In this document: positions 1 to 9,052 of the stretch, one piece after another
How positions within the stretch are numbered: the first letter of the stretch is position 1
Layout: every line of letters begins with the position of its first letter
Virus record (IMG/VR): IMGVR_UViG_3300000478_000004
Length of the DNA stretch: 20,000 nucleotides
Reading direction: 5' to 3' (one strand)
DNA from: an uncultured virus (IMG/VR IMGVR_UViG_3300000478_000004)
Lineage: Duplodnaviria > Heunggongvirae > Uroviricota > Caudoviricetes
Made by a program: the position numbers and the translations under genes
Notes under the pieces: generated by a model
What the model was told of the DNA's origin: nothing
Databases searched by the model: none
Seen by the model: the letters and a program-made list of their open reading frames with translations, nothing else

Positions 1-2279
1 TATTCAAGAGGTTTAGGGTAAGAAATGCCCTAAGCTTTGAGTATGCGGACATGCCCCTTGAGGACCAGGGGTTTGTCCTTATAAAAGGAGAGAATCTAGA
101 CGAGGGAGGGTCAAACGGGTCTGGTAAGACTACGCTTTTTGAGCTTTTGTCTCTAAACATCTATGACAAGCTCACGAAAACTGACAGACGTGTTACCAAG
201 TCTAACCTTTTGAACGTACATCACCCAAAGGGCTTCATTACTCGTTTAGACTTCTCTTCAGACGGAGTGCCCTTTTGCAGCGAAAACTTCCGTTCGCACC
301 CCAAGAAGGGCAACGGGATGAAGATATACAAGGAGTCGGTGGACGTGACACCCGACGACCCAAGGGAGGCGCGCAAGAGTCTCATAAAGCTTGTGGGTCT
401 AAACTGGAGTGAATACCTAGGTAGAGTTTACCTAAGCCAAAGGTACACTCACATGATGATAGACGGTACCCCAGCGCAGAAGCGAGAGTACTTAAGCATG
501 TCTTTTGGGTTAGACACTCTTGACATGATGACCAAAGAGGTAACCAAGAGATTGAACGCTATACCTCTTCCTGACGAGTCACAGCTTCAGTCGATGCTAG
601 AGTCCGTAAATTCTGACTTAGACTCTTTGGGTGACCCGTCTGAAATAGACGCCAGGGTGCTTGACCTGTCGGACGAGCAGAAGAAGCTACAGGATACTCT
701 CGTGACTCTGCACGTGGACCTGGAAAAGAATGAGTCCGCTTATCAAGTTAATGAACAAAGGGAGGAGTGGGAGAGGAGGCTCAAGGCTCACAGCCTCTCC
801 TTGAAATCGTCTTCCTTGAAGAAAAAACTGGAGGAGAGCAGAGAGTTACTCTCCAGTGAACAAAAGAATCTTTCTTCCCTTCTTCGAAAAGAGAAATTAG
901 AGTCTCAACTTTCCTCCCTGACAGAGGATATAGACCTATCTCTATCTAGCATTGGAGATATAGAGGCTAGTCTTGAGAAGGTGGAGTTTAAGCTAGAAAG
1001 ACTGGACACCTTGTTGCCTTCTGTAGAAAGAAGGGAATCTCTTTATTCTAAACTAGAAAAAATAGAAGAGGATGACCTATCTGTAGACTCATTGAAGTCT
1101 AGGGTAGCTAAGTGGGGCAATAAGTTGTCAGAGGCCAAGGGCAGTGTATCTGCTTTGCGCGCCGAACTTTCTAAATTGGAGTCATTAGGTGACGTTTGTT
1201 ATGCTTGTCTACGTCCCATCGACTCTTCTCAAAAGAATGAGATGATAGAAGAGCGTAGGGAAAGCCTGTCTATGCTGGCACAACTTCAAAAGAAAGCGTC
1301 TACTGCACTTACCGTCTACGAAGATAGACTAGAAAGTGCCAAAAAGAGGACTAGCATTCTTTCTGAGTTGGACGGTCTTCCCTCTCACGACGTAGATAAA
1401 CTGAAGGCCTCCCTGGACACCCTCAAGAAGAAGAGGTCAGACCTTCGATCCTCTTTAAGTCTCCTGTCAAAGTACAGATCTGTAGTAGACCAGTTAGAGG
1501 AATTGGCTTCTGTTGGTGGTACAGTAGACCACAGTAGGTCTCGTATCGAGGAGTTGAATTCACTGATACCCTTGTTGGAGGATTCTTACGCCTGGTCTCT
1601 AAAAAATGGGGACGTGTCATTCGATCCTGACGCTTTGGAAAGGGCTAGATTAGCCGTATCCTCTACGAATGAAGCGCTTTCCTCACTCAGTGAAGAGCTT
1701 ATTTCTCTAAGGGAGATTTCTGTACGTATCTCTTCCCTGAAGAAGCAGAAAGAAGACCTGACCAGGACTTTAAATCGATCGTCAGAGGAGAAGCAGCGGT
1801 CTAGAGTACTTAGGTACTTGAACCTAACCCTGGACGACATGAAGAAAGCTGCGCTCAGAGATAGCGCTCAGCTTCTAAGTACTGTACTTCCAGTATACCT
1901 AAACCAGTTGTTCCCTGACGGGTCTATTCAACTGGAAGTTACGGATGACGCTGACGGGTTCGACCTCATGTTCCACAAAGGAGGTCACTCTATACCTCTT
2001 ACACTAGTAAGTGGCGGTCAGTCTAAGAGAATAGGTCTGGCCATCATTTTTGCTTTCGCTAAGATGGGAAGGAACACCACAAACTTATTGATATGTGATG
2101 AACCCTTTCGCGACCTAGACAAAAAGGGCAGGGAGGCATGTTTCGAGGTTCTACGTGATTTTGACATGGGAACCGTTCTAATTACCTCTCATGACCAAGA
2201 CATGTCGTCTCTTCGTCGCTACGACCAGGTTTGGACTGTAAAAATGAAAAATCATGTCAGTAGGCTGTACACGGAGTGA
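1..2279 (+). CDS. SbcC/Rad50 (gp46-like) recombination/repair ATPase; 5' end lies outside the window
   Basis: Walker A NGSGKTT, long coiled coil with central CxxC zinc hook (CYAC), ABC signature VSGGQ, Walker B LICDEP and H-loop TSHD. The frame is open upstream of ATG 51 to the window edge (FKRFRVRNALSF resembles an SbcC first strand). Confidence 0.92.
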   Translation, partial: FKRFRVRNALSFEYADMPLEDQGFVLIKGENLDEGGSNGSGKTTLFELLSLNIYDKLTKTDRRVTKSNLLNVHHPKGFITRLDFSSDGVPFCSENFRSHPKKGNGMKIYKESVDVTPDDPREARKSLIKLVGLNWSEYLGRVYLSQRYTHMMIDGTPAQKREYLSMSFGLDTLDMMTKEVTKRLNAIPLPDESQLQSMLESVNSDLDSLGDPSEIDARVLDLSDEQKKLQDTLVTLHVDLEKNESAYQVNEQREEWERRLKAHSLSLKSSSLKKKLEESRELLSSEQKNLSSLLRKEKLESQLSSLTEDIDLSLSSIGDIEASLEKVEFKLERLDTLLPSVERRESLYSKLEKIEEDDLSVDSLKSRVAKWGNKLSEAKGSVSALRAELSKLESLGDVCYACLRPIDSSQKNEMIEERRESLSMLAQLQKKASTALTVYEDRLESAKKRTSILSELDGLPSHDVDKLKASLDTLKKKRSDLRSSLSLLSKYRSVVDQLEELASVGGTVDHSRSRIEELNSLIPLLEDSYAWSLKNGDVSFDPDALERARLAVSSTNEALSSLSEELISLREISVRISSLKKQKEDLTRTLNRSSEEKQRSRVLRYLNLTLDDMKKAALRDSAQLLSTVLPVYLNQLFPDGSIQLEVTDDADGFDLMFHKGGHSIPLTLVSGGQSKRIGLAIIFAFAKMGRNTTNLLICDEPFRDLDKKGREACFEVLRDFDMGTVLITSHDQDMSSLRRYDQVWTVKMKNHVSRLYTE

Positions 2280-2283
2280 ATGA

Positions 2284-3519
2284 ATGTCAGGTTTAGTTGG
2301 CTTAGCTTTTACTTCTCCTTCCATTGCGGTAATGGTCATAAACAGATCTGTGTTTCGGGCCCATCTATACCAGAATCGTCCAGATGACCTGCACGCCTTT
2401 CTTCAGGACTCTGACGATAGACTTCCTATAGTCATTGTCGACGGTGTCAGTAGCCTGAGAAGACTGTCGACTGTACAAGGCGTCCACTGCTTTCTCGTCA
2501 ACGACGACCCCTTGGCTATTCAGGAGGTTGCTCCGGACGCCCTCCTGGACGCTGAATTTGACCCACTGTTCTCTGGCTTTAACAAAAAGAACATCACTCC
2601 GGAAGACCTGAACCAGGCCCTTTCTTCTCCTTGCGCGTTTTCTCCTGAGGATTCTACGGACTCCAAGGTCAATTCCCTGGGAGAGAACATCACTTTTCGC
2701 GAAGTGCTTTCTAACGTAACTCAGGGAAGGGAGCTGGGTGACGACTTTGTAAAGAATGTATGCCTTTATCTTGTGGGTGCGCTTCACCGCAAGTCTTGGG
2801 TGTCTCGTGTACAAAAGCCTGCTCTTGCCCTGGGTGTTCCTGTTGAGAAACTTGCAGAGCTTGAGAAGTTCATAGAGACCACACACTCAGCGGAAATGCT
2901 TTGGAGGGCTTACTTCAACCACGTGGAAGCAGGAGTCCCTGTTGAAGATTGCGTTGCTCAGACAGAATCGGATTTTGAGGACCTGTCTCTTCTAATTTCT
3001 TCTTTAGGTACTGAGAAACAAAAGTGGGTAAAGAATCCGAAAGATAAGCCTCTTGTTGTAAAGAAGAAGAGGAGAGTGAGAAAGCTCAACAAAAGCGTCC
3101 TACAAGGAACTTCTATGACAATAGCACACAACCAAGGTGTACCGCCTGGTCACTTTGACTTACTCTCCACCCTTTCTCGTATAGACGAGAGTACTGGGTC
3201 CACCAAGTTCTCTCGAGCAGCTAGCGCCTTCATCTGTAAACTTGTAGACGCAAAGGTTTTAGGTCAAGCAAAGAGAAGGGCCCTATCTTCAGGTGCTTCG
3301 GCAGATGACGTTGATGCCGTTCTTGCCTTTGTAAAAGAAGATCCCGTGGTGGAACCTTTGTGGAAATCCTTCTGCTATACTTCTTACTATCCTGGTGTAG
3401 CTCCCCTAGACGCTGCTAGGAAATTCGACGTCCCTGCTGCCTACCTATCCACCGTTCTCAGCTACAAACCCTTGGCTTTAGTTTTCGAATGGGCTTCTTG
3501 GCCTGAAGAACTGGAGTGA
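2284..3519 (+). CDS. Hypothetical protein with two internally duplicated helical domains ending in HTH-like segments
   Basis: 411-aa ORF tightly coupled to its neighbours. aa ~138-240 and ~293-395 resemble each other and are joined by a basic linker (KKKRRVRK). Confidence 0.8.
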   Translation: MSGLVGLAFTSPSIAVMVINRSVFRAHLYQNRPDDLHAFLQDSDDRLPIVIVDGVSSLRRLSTVQGVHCFLVNDDPLAIQEVAPDALLDAEFDPLFSGFNKKNITPEDLNQALSSPCAFSPEDSTDSKVNSLGENITFREVLSNVTQGRELGDDFVKNVCLYLVGALHRKSWVSRVQKPALALGVPVEKLAELEKFIETTHSAEMLWRAYFNHVEAGVPVEDCVAQTESDFEDLSLLISSLGTEKQKWVKNPKDKPLVVKKKRRVRKLNKSVLQGTSMTIAHNQGVPPGHFDLLSTLSRIDESTGSTKFSRAASAFICKLVDAKVLGQAKRRALSSGASADDVDAVLAFVKEDPVVEPLWKSFCYTSYYPGVAPLDAARKFDVPAAYLSTVLSYKPLALVFEWASWPEELE

Positions 3520-3522
3520 AAC

Positions 3523-4059
3523 ATGGACAAAGAAGAGAGCTGGTTTACGCTCTACAGCGGGGCCAGATTCTATCCCTTCAGGGACAATCTAGAGGAGTCT
3601 ATTCACATAGAAGACATTGCTTCTGCCTTGTCCCATCTCTGTAGGTTCAACGGTCATTGCACCCATTTCTACTCTGTAGCTGAGCACAGTGTTCTTTGTT
3701 CCCTACAGGTCTCTCCACAGAATGCCATGGCTGCTCTTCTCCATGACGCTACCGAGGCATACGTAGGTGACCTCATACGCCCAATTAAGCGCTTCATGCC
3801 TGAGTTCGAGTCATTAGAGGACAGGATATGGTTGGCGGTGGCGCGTAAGTTTGGTCTTCCTGCTGTGTTACCTGATGAAGTACACTGGGCCGACAACTCT
3901 GTTCTTATGGCGGAAGCTAGAGATTTACTGAACCCAGTGGGGGAGATAAAGTTTCCCTACATAGATGCTAGACCTCCTGCTGGACTCACTCTTACCAGAC
4001 CACGTTCTCCATCAGAGGCTAAGTCCTACTTTCTTTCCAGGTTCGAAGAACTCTCATGA
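3523..4059 (+). CDS. HD-domain 5'-deoxynucleotidase/phosphohydrolase, YfdR/YfbR-like
   Basis: Motifs IEDIASALSHLCRFNGH, YSVAEHS and LLHDATEAYVGD. GGAG SD upstream. Confidence 0.9.
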   Translation: MDKEESWFTLYSGARFYPFRDNLEESIHIEDIASALSHLCRFNGHCTHFYSVAEHSVLCSLQVSPQNAMAALLHDATEAYVGDLIRPIKRFMPEFESLEDRIWLAVARKFGLPAVLPDEVHWADNSVLMAEARDLLNPVGEIKFPYIDARPPAGLTLTRPRSPSEAKSYFLSRFEELS

Positions 4060-4325
4060 AGAAAACCCTTGACAACAGAAGGGTGTTTGTCAGTTCCTCT
4101 CTGCTTCTCATGTCGTCTATCAAGGATACCCGAGAACGTCAGGTTTTTAGAGGAACCTTCGACCCCGATAACGACTACAAGGGTGTTTTGGTTTTCATAG
4201 ATTTCTTTCCTGAGGAACCTTTTCCTCATCTTTGCCGCTACATCTTTGTGAGAGATTCTGGAGCCCCAGAAGTAGTTGACTCTATTTTTGATCCATCTCT
4301 TGACATCTCTTTTACTTCCATGTAG
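4056..4325 (+). CDS. Hypothetical protein
   Basis: 89-aa ORF with ATGA overlap to the upstream gene. No recognisable motif. Confidence 0.55.
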   Translation: MKKTLDNRRVFVSSSLLLMSSIKDTRERQVFRGTFDPDNDYKGVLVFIDFFPEEPFPHLCRYIFVRDSGAPEVVDSIFDPSLDISFTSM

Positions 4326-4328
4326 TAT
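4300..4328 (+). promoter_or_regulatory. sigma70-type promoter for tRNA-Glu/tRNA-Pro
   Basis: TTGACA (4300-4305), 17-nt spacer, TAGTAT (4323-4328), 10 nt before tRNA-Glu. Confidence 0.8.
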
Positions 4329-4338
4329 ACGACGTCCT

Positions 4339-4411
4339 GGCTCCATCGTCTAGTGGTCTAGGACCGCGCCCTTTCACGGCGTTAACACGGGTTCAAATCC
4401 CGTTGGAGTCA
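4339..4411 (+). tRNA. tRNA-Glu(TTC), CCA not encoded
   Basis: Cloverleaf: GGCTCCA/TGGAGTC acceptor, GCGCC-CT TTC AC-GGCGT anticodon arm, GGTTCAAATCC T arm. Confidence 0.95.
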
Positions 4412-4427
4412 CCGAACAACCGAATAT

Positions 4428-4503
4428 CGGGGTATAGCTGAGCTTGGTTTAGCACGCGCTTTGGGAGCGCGGGACGTCAGTTCGAATCTGGCTACCCCGA
4501 CCA
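4428..4503 (+). tRNA. tRNA-Pro(TGG), CCA encoded
   Basis: CGGGGTA/TACCCCG acceptor, CGCGC-TT TGG GA-GCGCG, TTCGAAT T loop, ACCA end. Confidence 0.95.
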
Positions 4504-4518
4504 ACCTTATATAAACTC

Positions 4519-4839
4519 ATGCCTACAGACCATGAGTTATTTCTTCTAAGGACCATTGTCAGTGCTGTGGGGGACCTGTCTACCAAAGACACCCACGGTG
4601 TTGACAGGGGTTTCCTTATGTCTTTGTCTATGACGTTAGATGCTCTTCTCGTACCATCTACGGATAAGACTATATTTAGTCAAATTCGTATTAAATTCGA
4701 CGGTCTACCCTCAGAAGGAAGAACAGGAGTTCTATACCTAGCTCTTCTTTCTGTGTGTGACCTGGCTGTTGATTTTTCGTTGCAGAAAGCAGAGGAGCTA
4801 GGCACTTCTCTTCTATCTTCTGCTACAGTCTTAAACTAG
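4519..4839 (+). CDS. Hypothetical protein
   Basis: 106-aa ORF filling the gap after the tRNAs. Confidence 0.65.
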   Translation: MPTDHELFLLRTIVSAVGDLSTKDTHGVDRGFLMSLSMTLDALLVPSTDKTIFSQIRIKFDGLPSEGRTGVLYLALLSVCDLAVDFSLQKAEELGTSLLSSATVLN

Positions 4840-4891
4840 TTTGTAAACATACCATCGTTCCGTTTTCCTCTACCTTAGGAGAATCTCATAC

Positions 4892-5683
4892 ATGTCTTTA
4901 TCGAAGAGTGACTGCGAAAAGCTTCACGAACTACTTTTTTCTGCGCTGGTCAAGAAGAATTGCTCCATCTCTCTAAGTGGAGGTCCTCCCTTAAATGAGG
5001 ATGAGATTAGGGGTATGCTCATCGTCCTGGGCGCCAATAGCATAGATGATTTCAACATCTACAACTACGCTGACGTAGGACAGGTTGTGGGCGGCGTGCA
5101 CGCTGTACCTGGTACGGACTCTGCTGCACCTGAAAAAACTGAGCCTGCCGACGCTCCTAAGAAGAACGAGTCAGATTCCACTTCTTCTGCCCCCAAGAAG
5201 GGAAGAGGACGTCCTCGTAAGAACCCTGTAGAGGTTCCGGAAGAGGAAGAAGATGACGTTGAGGAGGAGACTGTGAAGGCTCCCACCAAGCCTCCGGCAA
5301 AGGCACCCTCTAAGGTCCCGACCAAGAAGGCTGCTCCTGTCGAGGATGAAGACGATGATGACGACGACGAGGACGAGACGCCTACAAAGGCACCCTCTAA
5401 GGCCCCAACTAAGAAGACTCCTCCTCCTGCGGAAGACGACGATGAGGACGAAGACGACGATGAAGAGGAGGACACCCCTCCCCTAAAGAAAAGTGCTCCT
5501 AAGTCTCCCCCACAGAAGAAGAAGGCTGCTCCTGTTGAGGATGAGGATGACGACGACGAGGACGAGGATGACCTTCCTCCGCCTCGCAAGGCACCCGCAA
5601 AGAAGGCCCCTCCTGTTGAGGATGAGGAGGACGACGACGAGGATGACTTCGACGACTGGGACGACGAAGACGAAGACGACTGA
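4892..5683 (+). CDS. Low-complexity protein with an AT-hook and alternating Lys/Pro/Ala and Asp/Glu tracts
   Basis: AGGAG SD. KKGRGRPRK AT-hook. Repeated KAPxKAP..KK and EDEDDDD blocks. Followed by a terminator. Confidence 0.85.
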   Translation: MSLSKSDCEKLHELLFSALVKKNCSISLSGGPPLNEDEIRGMLIVLGANSIDDFNIYNYADVGQVVGGVHAVPGTDSAAPEKTEPADAPKKNESDSTSSAPKKGRGRPRKNPVEVPEEEEDDVEEETVKAPTKPPAKAPSKVPTKKAAPVEDEDDDDDDEDETPTKAPSKAPTKKTPPPAEDDDEDEDDDEEEDTPPLKKSAPKSPPQKKKAAPVEDEDDDDEDEDDLPPPRKAPAKKAPPVEDEEDDDEDDFDDWDDEDEDD

Positions 5684-5700
5684 GATTTGCTTTCCTTAGA

Positions 5701-5728
5701 AAAAGAGGTGCCGTTGGCGCCTCTTTTT
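5701..5728 (+). terminator. Intrinsic terminator (potentially bidirectional)
   Basis: AAAAGAGGTGCC-GTT-GGCGCCTCTTTT hairpin with flanking A and T tracts. Confidence 0.85.
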
Positions 5729-5737
5729 CATTGGAGC

Positions 5738-5756
5738 CGAACCCTGCTCATAGTAG
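5738..5756 (+). promoter_or_regulatory. Promoter-like motif CGAACCCTG-NN-CATA(C/G)TA, copy 1
   Basis: CGAACCCTGctCATAGTAG directly after a terminator and before an SD/ATG. The same motif occurs at 9809 and 15870. Confidence 0.65.
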
Positions 5757-5774
5757 AGCGGAGTCCTATGACTG

Positions 5775-6197
5775 ATGGAGAAACTTATGTTTGACTTGCC
5801 CGACCTACAAAGTGACCCACCTCCACCCCAAGCAGAACATCATTGGCTGTGTACCTCTTGTCGTACTCCATCCTTTTCTTCTGCGTCGGCGTGCTCAGAG
5901 TGTGGGGGCCTGAACTTCATCCCGTATATCGATAGAAGACCCCTGCTCCTTTCTAAGGATGTCAGAAACTCTATTGTTAACCTGATTGATGAAGCGGCCG
6001 ATCTGTTGGAGGACCTAGATATAGACTCCATGTGTTTCTACACAGGCGAATACATGCCATTTTTAGGTTCCTTGTTAGATGAAGCCTCTCGTGCGTCCGA
6101 GCTTGAAAGCGAAGGTCTTCAAGGGTATAGAACTACCTCCCTTCCCAAAGAAGAGCTTATCTCTCTATTTCGTAGCATGCAAAAACCCTGCAGGTGA
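5775..6197 (+). CDS. Zinc-ribbon-containing hypothetical protein
   Basis: WLCTSC...ACSECG CxxC pairs. GGAG upstream. Confidence 0.75.
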   Translation: MEKLMFDLPDLQSDPPPPQAEHHWLCTSCRTPSFSSASACSECGGLNFIPYIDRRPLLLSKDVRNSIVNLIDEAADLLEDLDIDSMCFYTGEYMPFLGSLLDEASRASELESEGLQGYRTTSLPKEELISLFRSMQKPCR

Positions 6198-6201
6198 TTT
6201 T

Positions 6202-6399
6202 ATGTCTGAATGCTGCCGTGCTTCTTCAGTCGGGTCTGACAAGAAGCTTTTTGACGACCTAAGGTCCGTTTTAGAGAGGCTCTCATCGCGTCCCTCGGAT
6301 ACAATTATGATGGATGCAAGTGTGAGCACCAAAGCTTCAGCGTACAGAAGCCTCGTTACTGAGGCTAAGAGAATAGCTTCTCTTTTGGGTATGGAGTGA
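6202..6399 (+). CDS. Hypothetical protein (~65 aa, probable start ATG 6202)
   Basis: C-terminal part of ORF 6079..6399. AGGTGA SD precedes ATG 6202, which avoids the overlap. Confidence 0.6.
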   Translation: MSECCRASSVGSDKKLFDDLRSVLERLSSRPSDTIMMDASVSTKASAYRSLVTEAKRIASLLGME

Positions 6400-6402
6400 G
6401 AA

Positions 6403-6951
6403 ATGACAGCGTCGACCGAGTCAATGGCTAAGGTCCGTGTGCTGATGATAAAGCACGGTTACGATAGGAATCATCGTGCAGCAATTGCTCTTGCACGTCT
6501 TAGAAAATCGATTAAGAGATCGGACACAGAAGGGTATGAGCATATGTCAAACGATGTTAGCAGGCACTACTCAGAACTAAAGGATCGTCTTATTGGCGAC
6601 GGATTTACTCCTGACAGTAAGGTAATGCGCACAGTTCTAAAGCTGAAGGACGCTTTGCTGTCCGACGGGTTTACTATTGATGACGACTCTGTGGAAGACC
6701 AGAGGACTGCTCTTAGCTCTCCCGAGACTCATGATGAGGGCGTAGTAGTCAAGGCATTTCGCGCCACTGGTAGCCACGATCTGGTTACGATAGAAACGGT
6801 GTTCTCTTCCATTCCTGGGTGGAACGCCAAGGTCATACGCAGTAAGACGAGAGGACCTTCTTTTGTAGTGGTCTACAACCAACCCTCTGTCGACTCTTCC
6901 CTTGTCAAGACAGCCATAAGAGAGTACCTGGTTTCTACTGGTGTGTCATGA
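6403..6951 (+). CDS. Hypothetical protein with a repeated helical motif
   Basis: 182-aa ORF with GGAG SD. The motif LxxxG(Y/F)...LxxLK/R occurs twice and is shared with the next gene. Confidence 0.75.
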   Translation: MTASTESMAKVRVLMIKHGYDRNHRAAIALARLRKSIKRSDTEGYEHMSNDVSRHYSELKDRLIGDGFTPDSKVMRTVLKLKDALLSDGFTIDDDSVEDQRTALSSPETHDEGVVVKAFRATGSHDLVTIETVFSSIPGWNAKVIRSKTRGPSFVVVYNQPSVDSSLVKTAIREYLVSTGVS

Positions 6952-7508
6952 GTGAAAACTCTATTGGAAATTTATCCTTCGACCAATACACGTTGGAGAC
7001 TGAAGCAGAGAAGCACATAGTTTCCTTGGAGGCGCTCCTGCTAGTAAATGGATATCACGACTCTTCGGAAGTATTACGGAGTCTATCTAAGCTAAAGCGG
7101 TCTATGAAGAGGAACAAAACGAAAAGGTATTCCTTTTCTGTTCACCCCGTTGTGCCCGTGGAGAGTGAAAAAGAGGAGGAAGAACACAAAGAAGAGAGCC
7201 AAGAAACAGAAGAGTTACTCTTGGTAAGAGACCTTGTGGCAAAAACAACAGGACTACCTCTTCGTAAAACCTTCAATAAGATTACTTCTAGCGGGTACAA
7301 CCTAACCACCTTTGTTCTTGCGGGACCTTTAGAGGACCTTCTTTTTGACCCCTCTTCCCCCTTATTACGGGAGCACATCGCTTCTGCTGTACTAGAGCAC
7401 ACAAAGAAGAGACTGTTTTCTTTTTCTGTTTGCTCATTGAAAGTTAAAGAGAAAGGTACCTCTGTGGGGGTCAGGTGCCAGTGTGCCTACAAGGGAAGTG
7501 GTCTGTGA
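6948..7508 (+). CDS. Hypothetical protein, N-terminus similar to 6403..6951
   Basis: 186-aa ORF with ATGA coupling. Confidence 0.75.
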   Translation: MSENSIGNLSFDQYTLETEAEKHIVSLEALLLVNGYHDSSEVLRSLSKLKRSMKRNKTKRYSFSVHPVVPVESEKEEEEHKEESQETEELLLVRDLVAKTTGLPLRKTFNKITSSGYNLTTFVLAGPLEDLLFDPSSPLLREHIASAVLEHTKKRLFSFSVCSLKVKEKGTSVGVRCQCAYKGSGL

Positions 7509-7915
7509 AGAAAAAGAAGAATCAGTCTCACCCTTCGTCTTCCTCTCTTGCCAAAGAGTGGGACGCCACTCTCCAGACTGACGATCTGGTAGTCATTCCT
7601 TATGATTCCTCTCCCCACGTATACAAAATACTAGCTATGCATCGTAGGGTGGTGATGGACCACGACCTCTACAATTCCCCTAGTCTCCTTTCAAGGGGCT
7701 ATAAGCCTGGTGACGAACTATCTCCTCTTCTTCACGTTAGGAGAGTTCGTGTTGCTCCTTTTTGGGACGTCATTCCTCCTGGACACACGGTGGACAGGAA
7801 AGTGGAAGCTCATTCTGTGTCAAAGATTACCGTTGAACAGATTCGGTCTGTAATCGAGAACCTTGTTTCTATGATGGTAGAGATTTCCCCCCAAGACCCT
7901 ACGGATGAGGTCTAA
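7505..7915 (+). CDS. Hypothetical protein (probable GTG start 7505)
   Basis: ORF 7475..7915. A GTGA overlap with the upstream stop suggests a start at 7505. Confidence 0.7.
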   Translation: MKKKKNQSHPSSSSLAKEWDATLQTDDLVVIPYDSSPHVYKILAMHRRVVMDHDLYNSPSLLSRGYKPGDELSPLLHVRRVRVAPFWDVIPPGHTVDRKVEAHSVSKITVEQIRSVIENLVSMMVEISPQDPTDEV

Positions 7916-7926
7916 TAGGAGGCCTT

Positions 7927-8946
7927 ATGCAACCACTTCTTCTATCCAGGGAGGATTTCAAGGAACTCGTGTTCTCTAGGGATTCTCACAGATGCGTAGT
8001 ATGTGGTGTCCCTGCTGTGGACGCTCATCATATTTTGGAGAGAAAACTATGGCCTGACGGCGGCTACTACCTTGATAATGGCGCTTCTGTCTGTGCTTCT
8101 TGTCACCTCCTTTGTGAGAGTACTGACATATCTTGTGAGGAACTTCGAGAGAAGTGTGGCATCTCTTCCGTGGTTCTTCCTCCTCATTTTGACTCCGACG
8201 CTCGGTATGACAAGTGGGGCAACGTGTACCTCCCCAATGGAATGCGTACCCCTGGCGAGCTATTCTATGAGGAGCAAGTTCAGAAGGTTCTCTCAGAAAA
8301 GATGCATGACTTCACCTTTGTAGTGAAGTATCCTAGGACCTACCATCTTCCTTGGTCTCCTGGCGCCACAAATGATGACAAGACCATGTCATCTACCTCT
8401 TCTTTCGAAGGAAGGGAAGTTGTAGTTACCGCCAAGATGGATGGCGAGAATTCGTCTATGTACAGGGACCACATACACGCCAGGTCCCTGAGCTATTCTC
8501 CTCATGAGTCAAGAAACCTGATGAAGTCCCTGTGGTCCCAGATTAGAATGGACATTCCCGAGGGATGGAGAATATGCGGAGAGAATCTCACAGCAGTTCA
8601 TTCCATAGAATATCATAATTTGGATCACTTCTTCCAGGTTTTTTCAATATGGAACGAGTGGAACGTGTGCCTTTCTTGGGATGAGACAGAGGCGTACGCT
8701 GAAATGCTTGGTCTGTCTACTGTTCCTGTCCTTTATAGAGGAGTGTGGGATGAGACTACTCTAAGAAACTTGGTACCCTCCCACCCTAACGACCCTTGTG
8801 AAGGGTATGTGGTTCGAGTGGCGGATTCCTTTCGTTATTCAGAATTTAGGAAGCTTGTTGGCAAATTTGTTCGTGAAAATCATGTGCAAACTGACGAGCA
8901 CTGGATGCGGAAGGCGGTGGTCTTTAACCAGTGGAAAAAAGTTTGA
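7927..8946 (+). CDS. HNH domain fused to an ATP-dependent RNA ligase domain
   Basis: N-terminal RDxxxCxxC..DAHH..NGxxVCxxCH. C-terminal KYPRTYHLPWSPG, nucleotidyltransferase motif I TAKMDGEN, GEN, EGYVVR and GKFVR. AGGAGG SD. Confidence 0.88.
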   Translation: MQPLLLSREDFKELVFSRDSHRCVVCGVPAVDAHHILERKLWPDGGYYLDNGASVCASCHLLCESTDISCEELREKCGISSVVLPPHFDSDARYDKWGNVYLPNGMRTPGELFYEEQVQKVLSEKMHDFTFVVKYPRTYHLPWSPGATNDDKTMSSTSSFEGREVVVTAKMDGENSSMYRDHIHARSLSYSPHESRNLMKSLWSQIRMDIPEGWRICGENLTAVHSIEYHNLDHFFQVFSIWNEWNVCLSWDETEAYAEMLGLSTVPVLYRGVWDETTLRNLVPSHPNDPCEGYVVRVADSFRYSEFRKLVGKFVRENHVQTDEHWMRKAVVFNQWKKV

Positions 8947-8970
8947 CTTCTTGGGTTTTACGGTTACTAT
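8943..8970 (+). promoter_or_regulatory. sigma70-type promoter
   Basis: TTGACT (8943-8948), 16-nt spacer, TACTAT (8965-8970), upstream of the vWA gene. Confidence 0.55.
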
Positions 8971-9052
8971 ACCTGCTCAGTGGACACGTTTCCACAGTAC
9001 ATCCTGTAAACAAAACAGGATCTTGCCATAAAGGCAGGAGAAAGGCTACAGC

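Noticed and set aside
5221..5236. GAACCCTG as a fourth promoter-motif copy
   Set aside because: It lies inside a CDS and lacks the leading C and the CATA(C/G)TA half.
5065..5699. Ser-rich minus ORF 5065..5589 and alternate-frame ORF 5493..5699
   Set aside because: Shadows of the low-complexity GAY/GAR repeats of gene 4892..5683.
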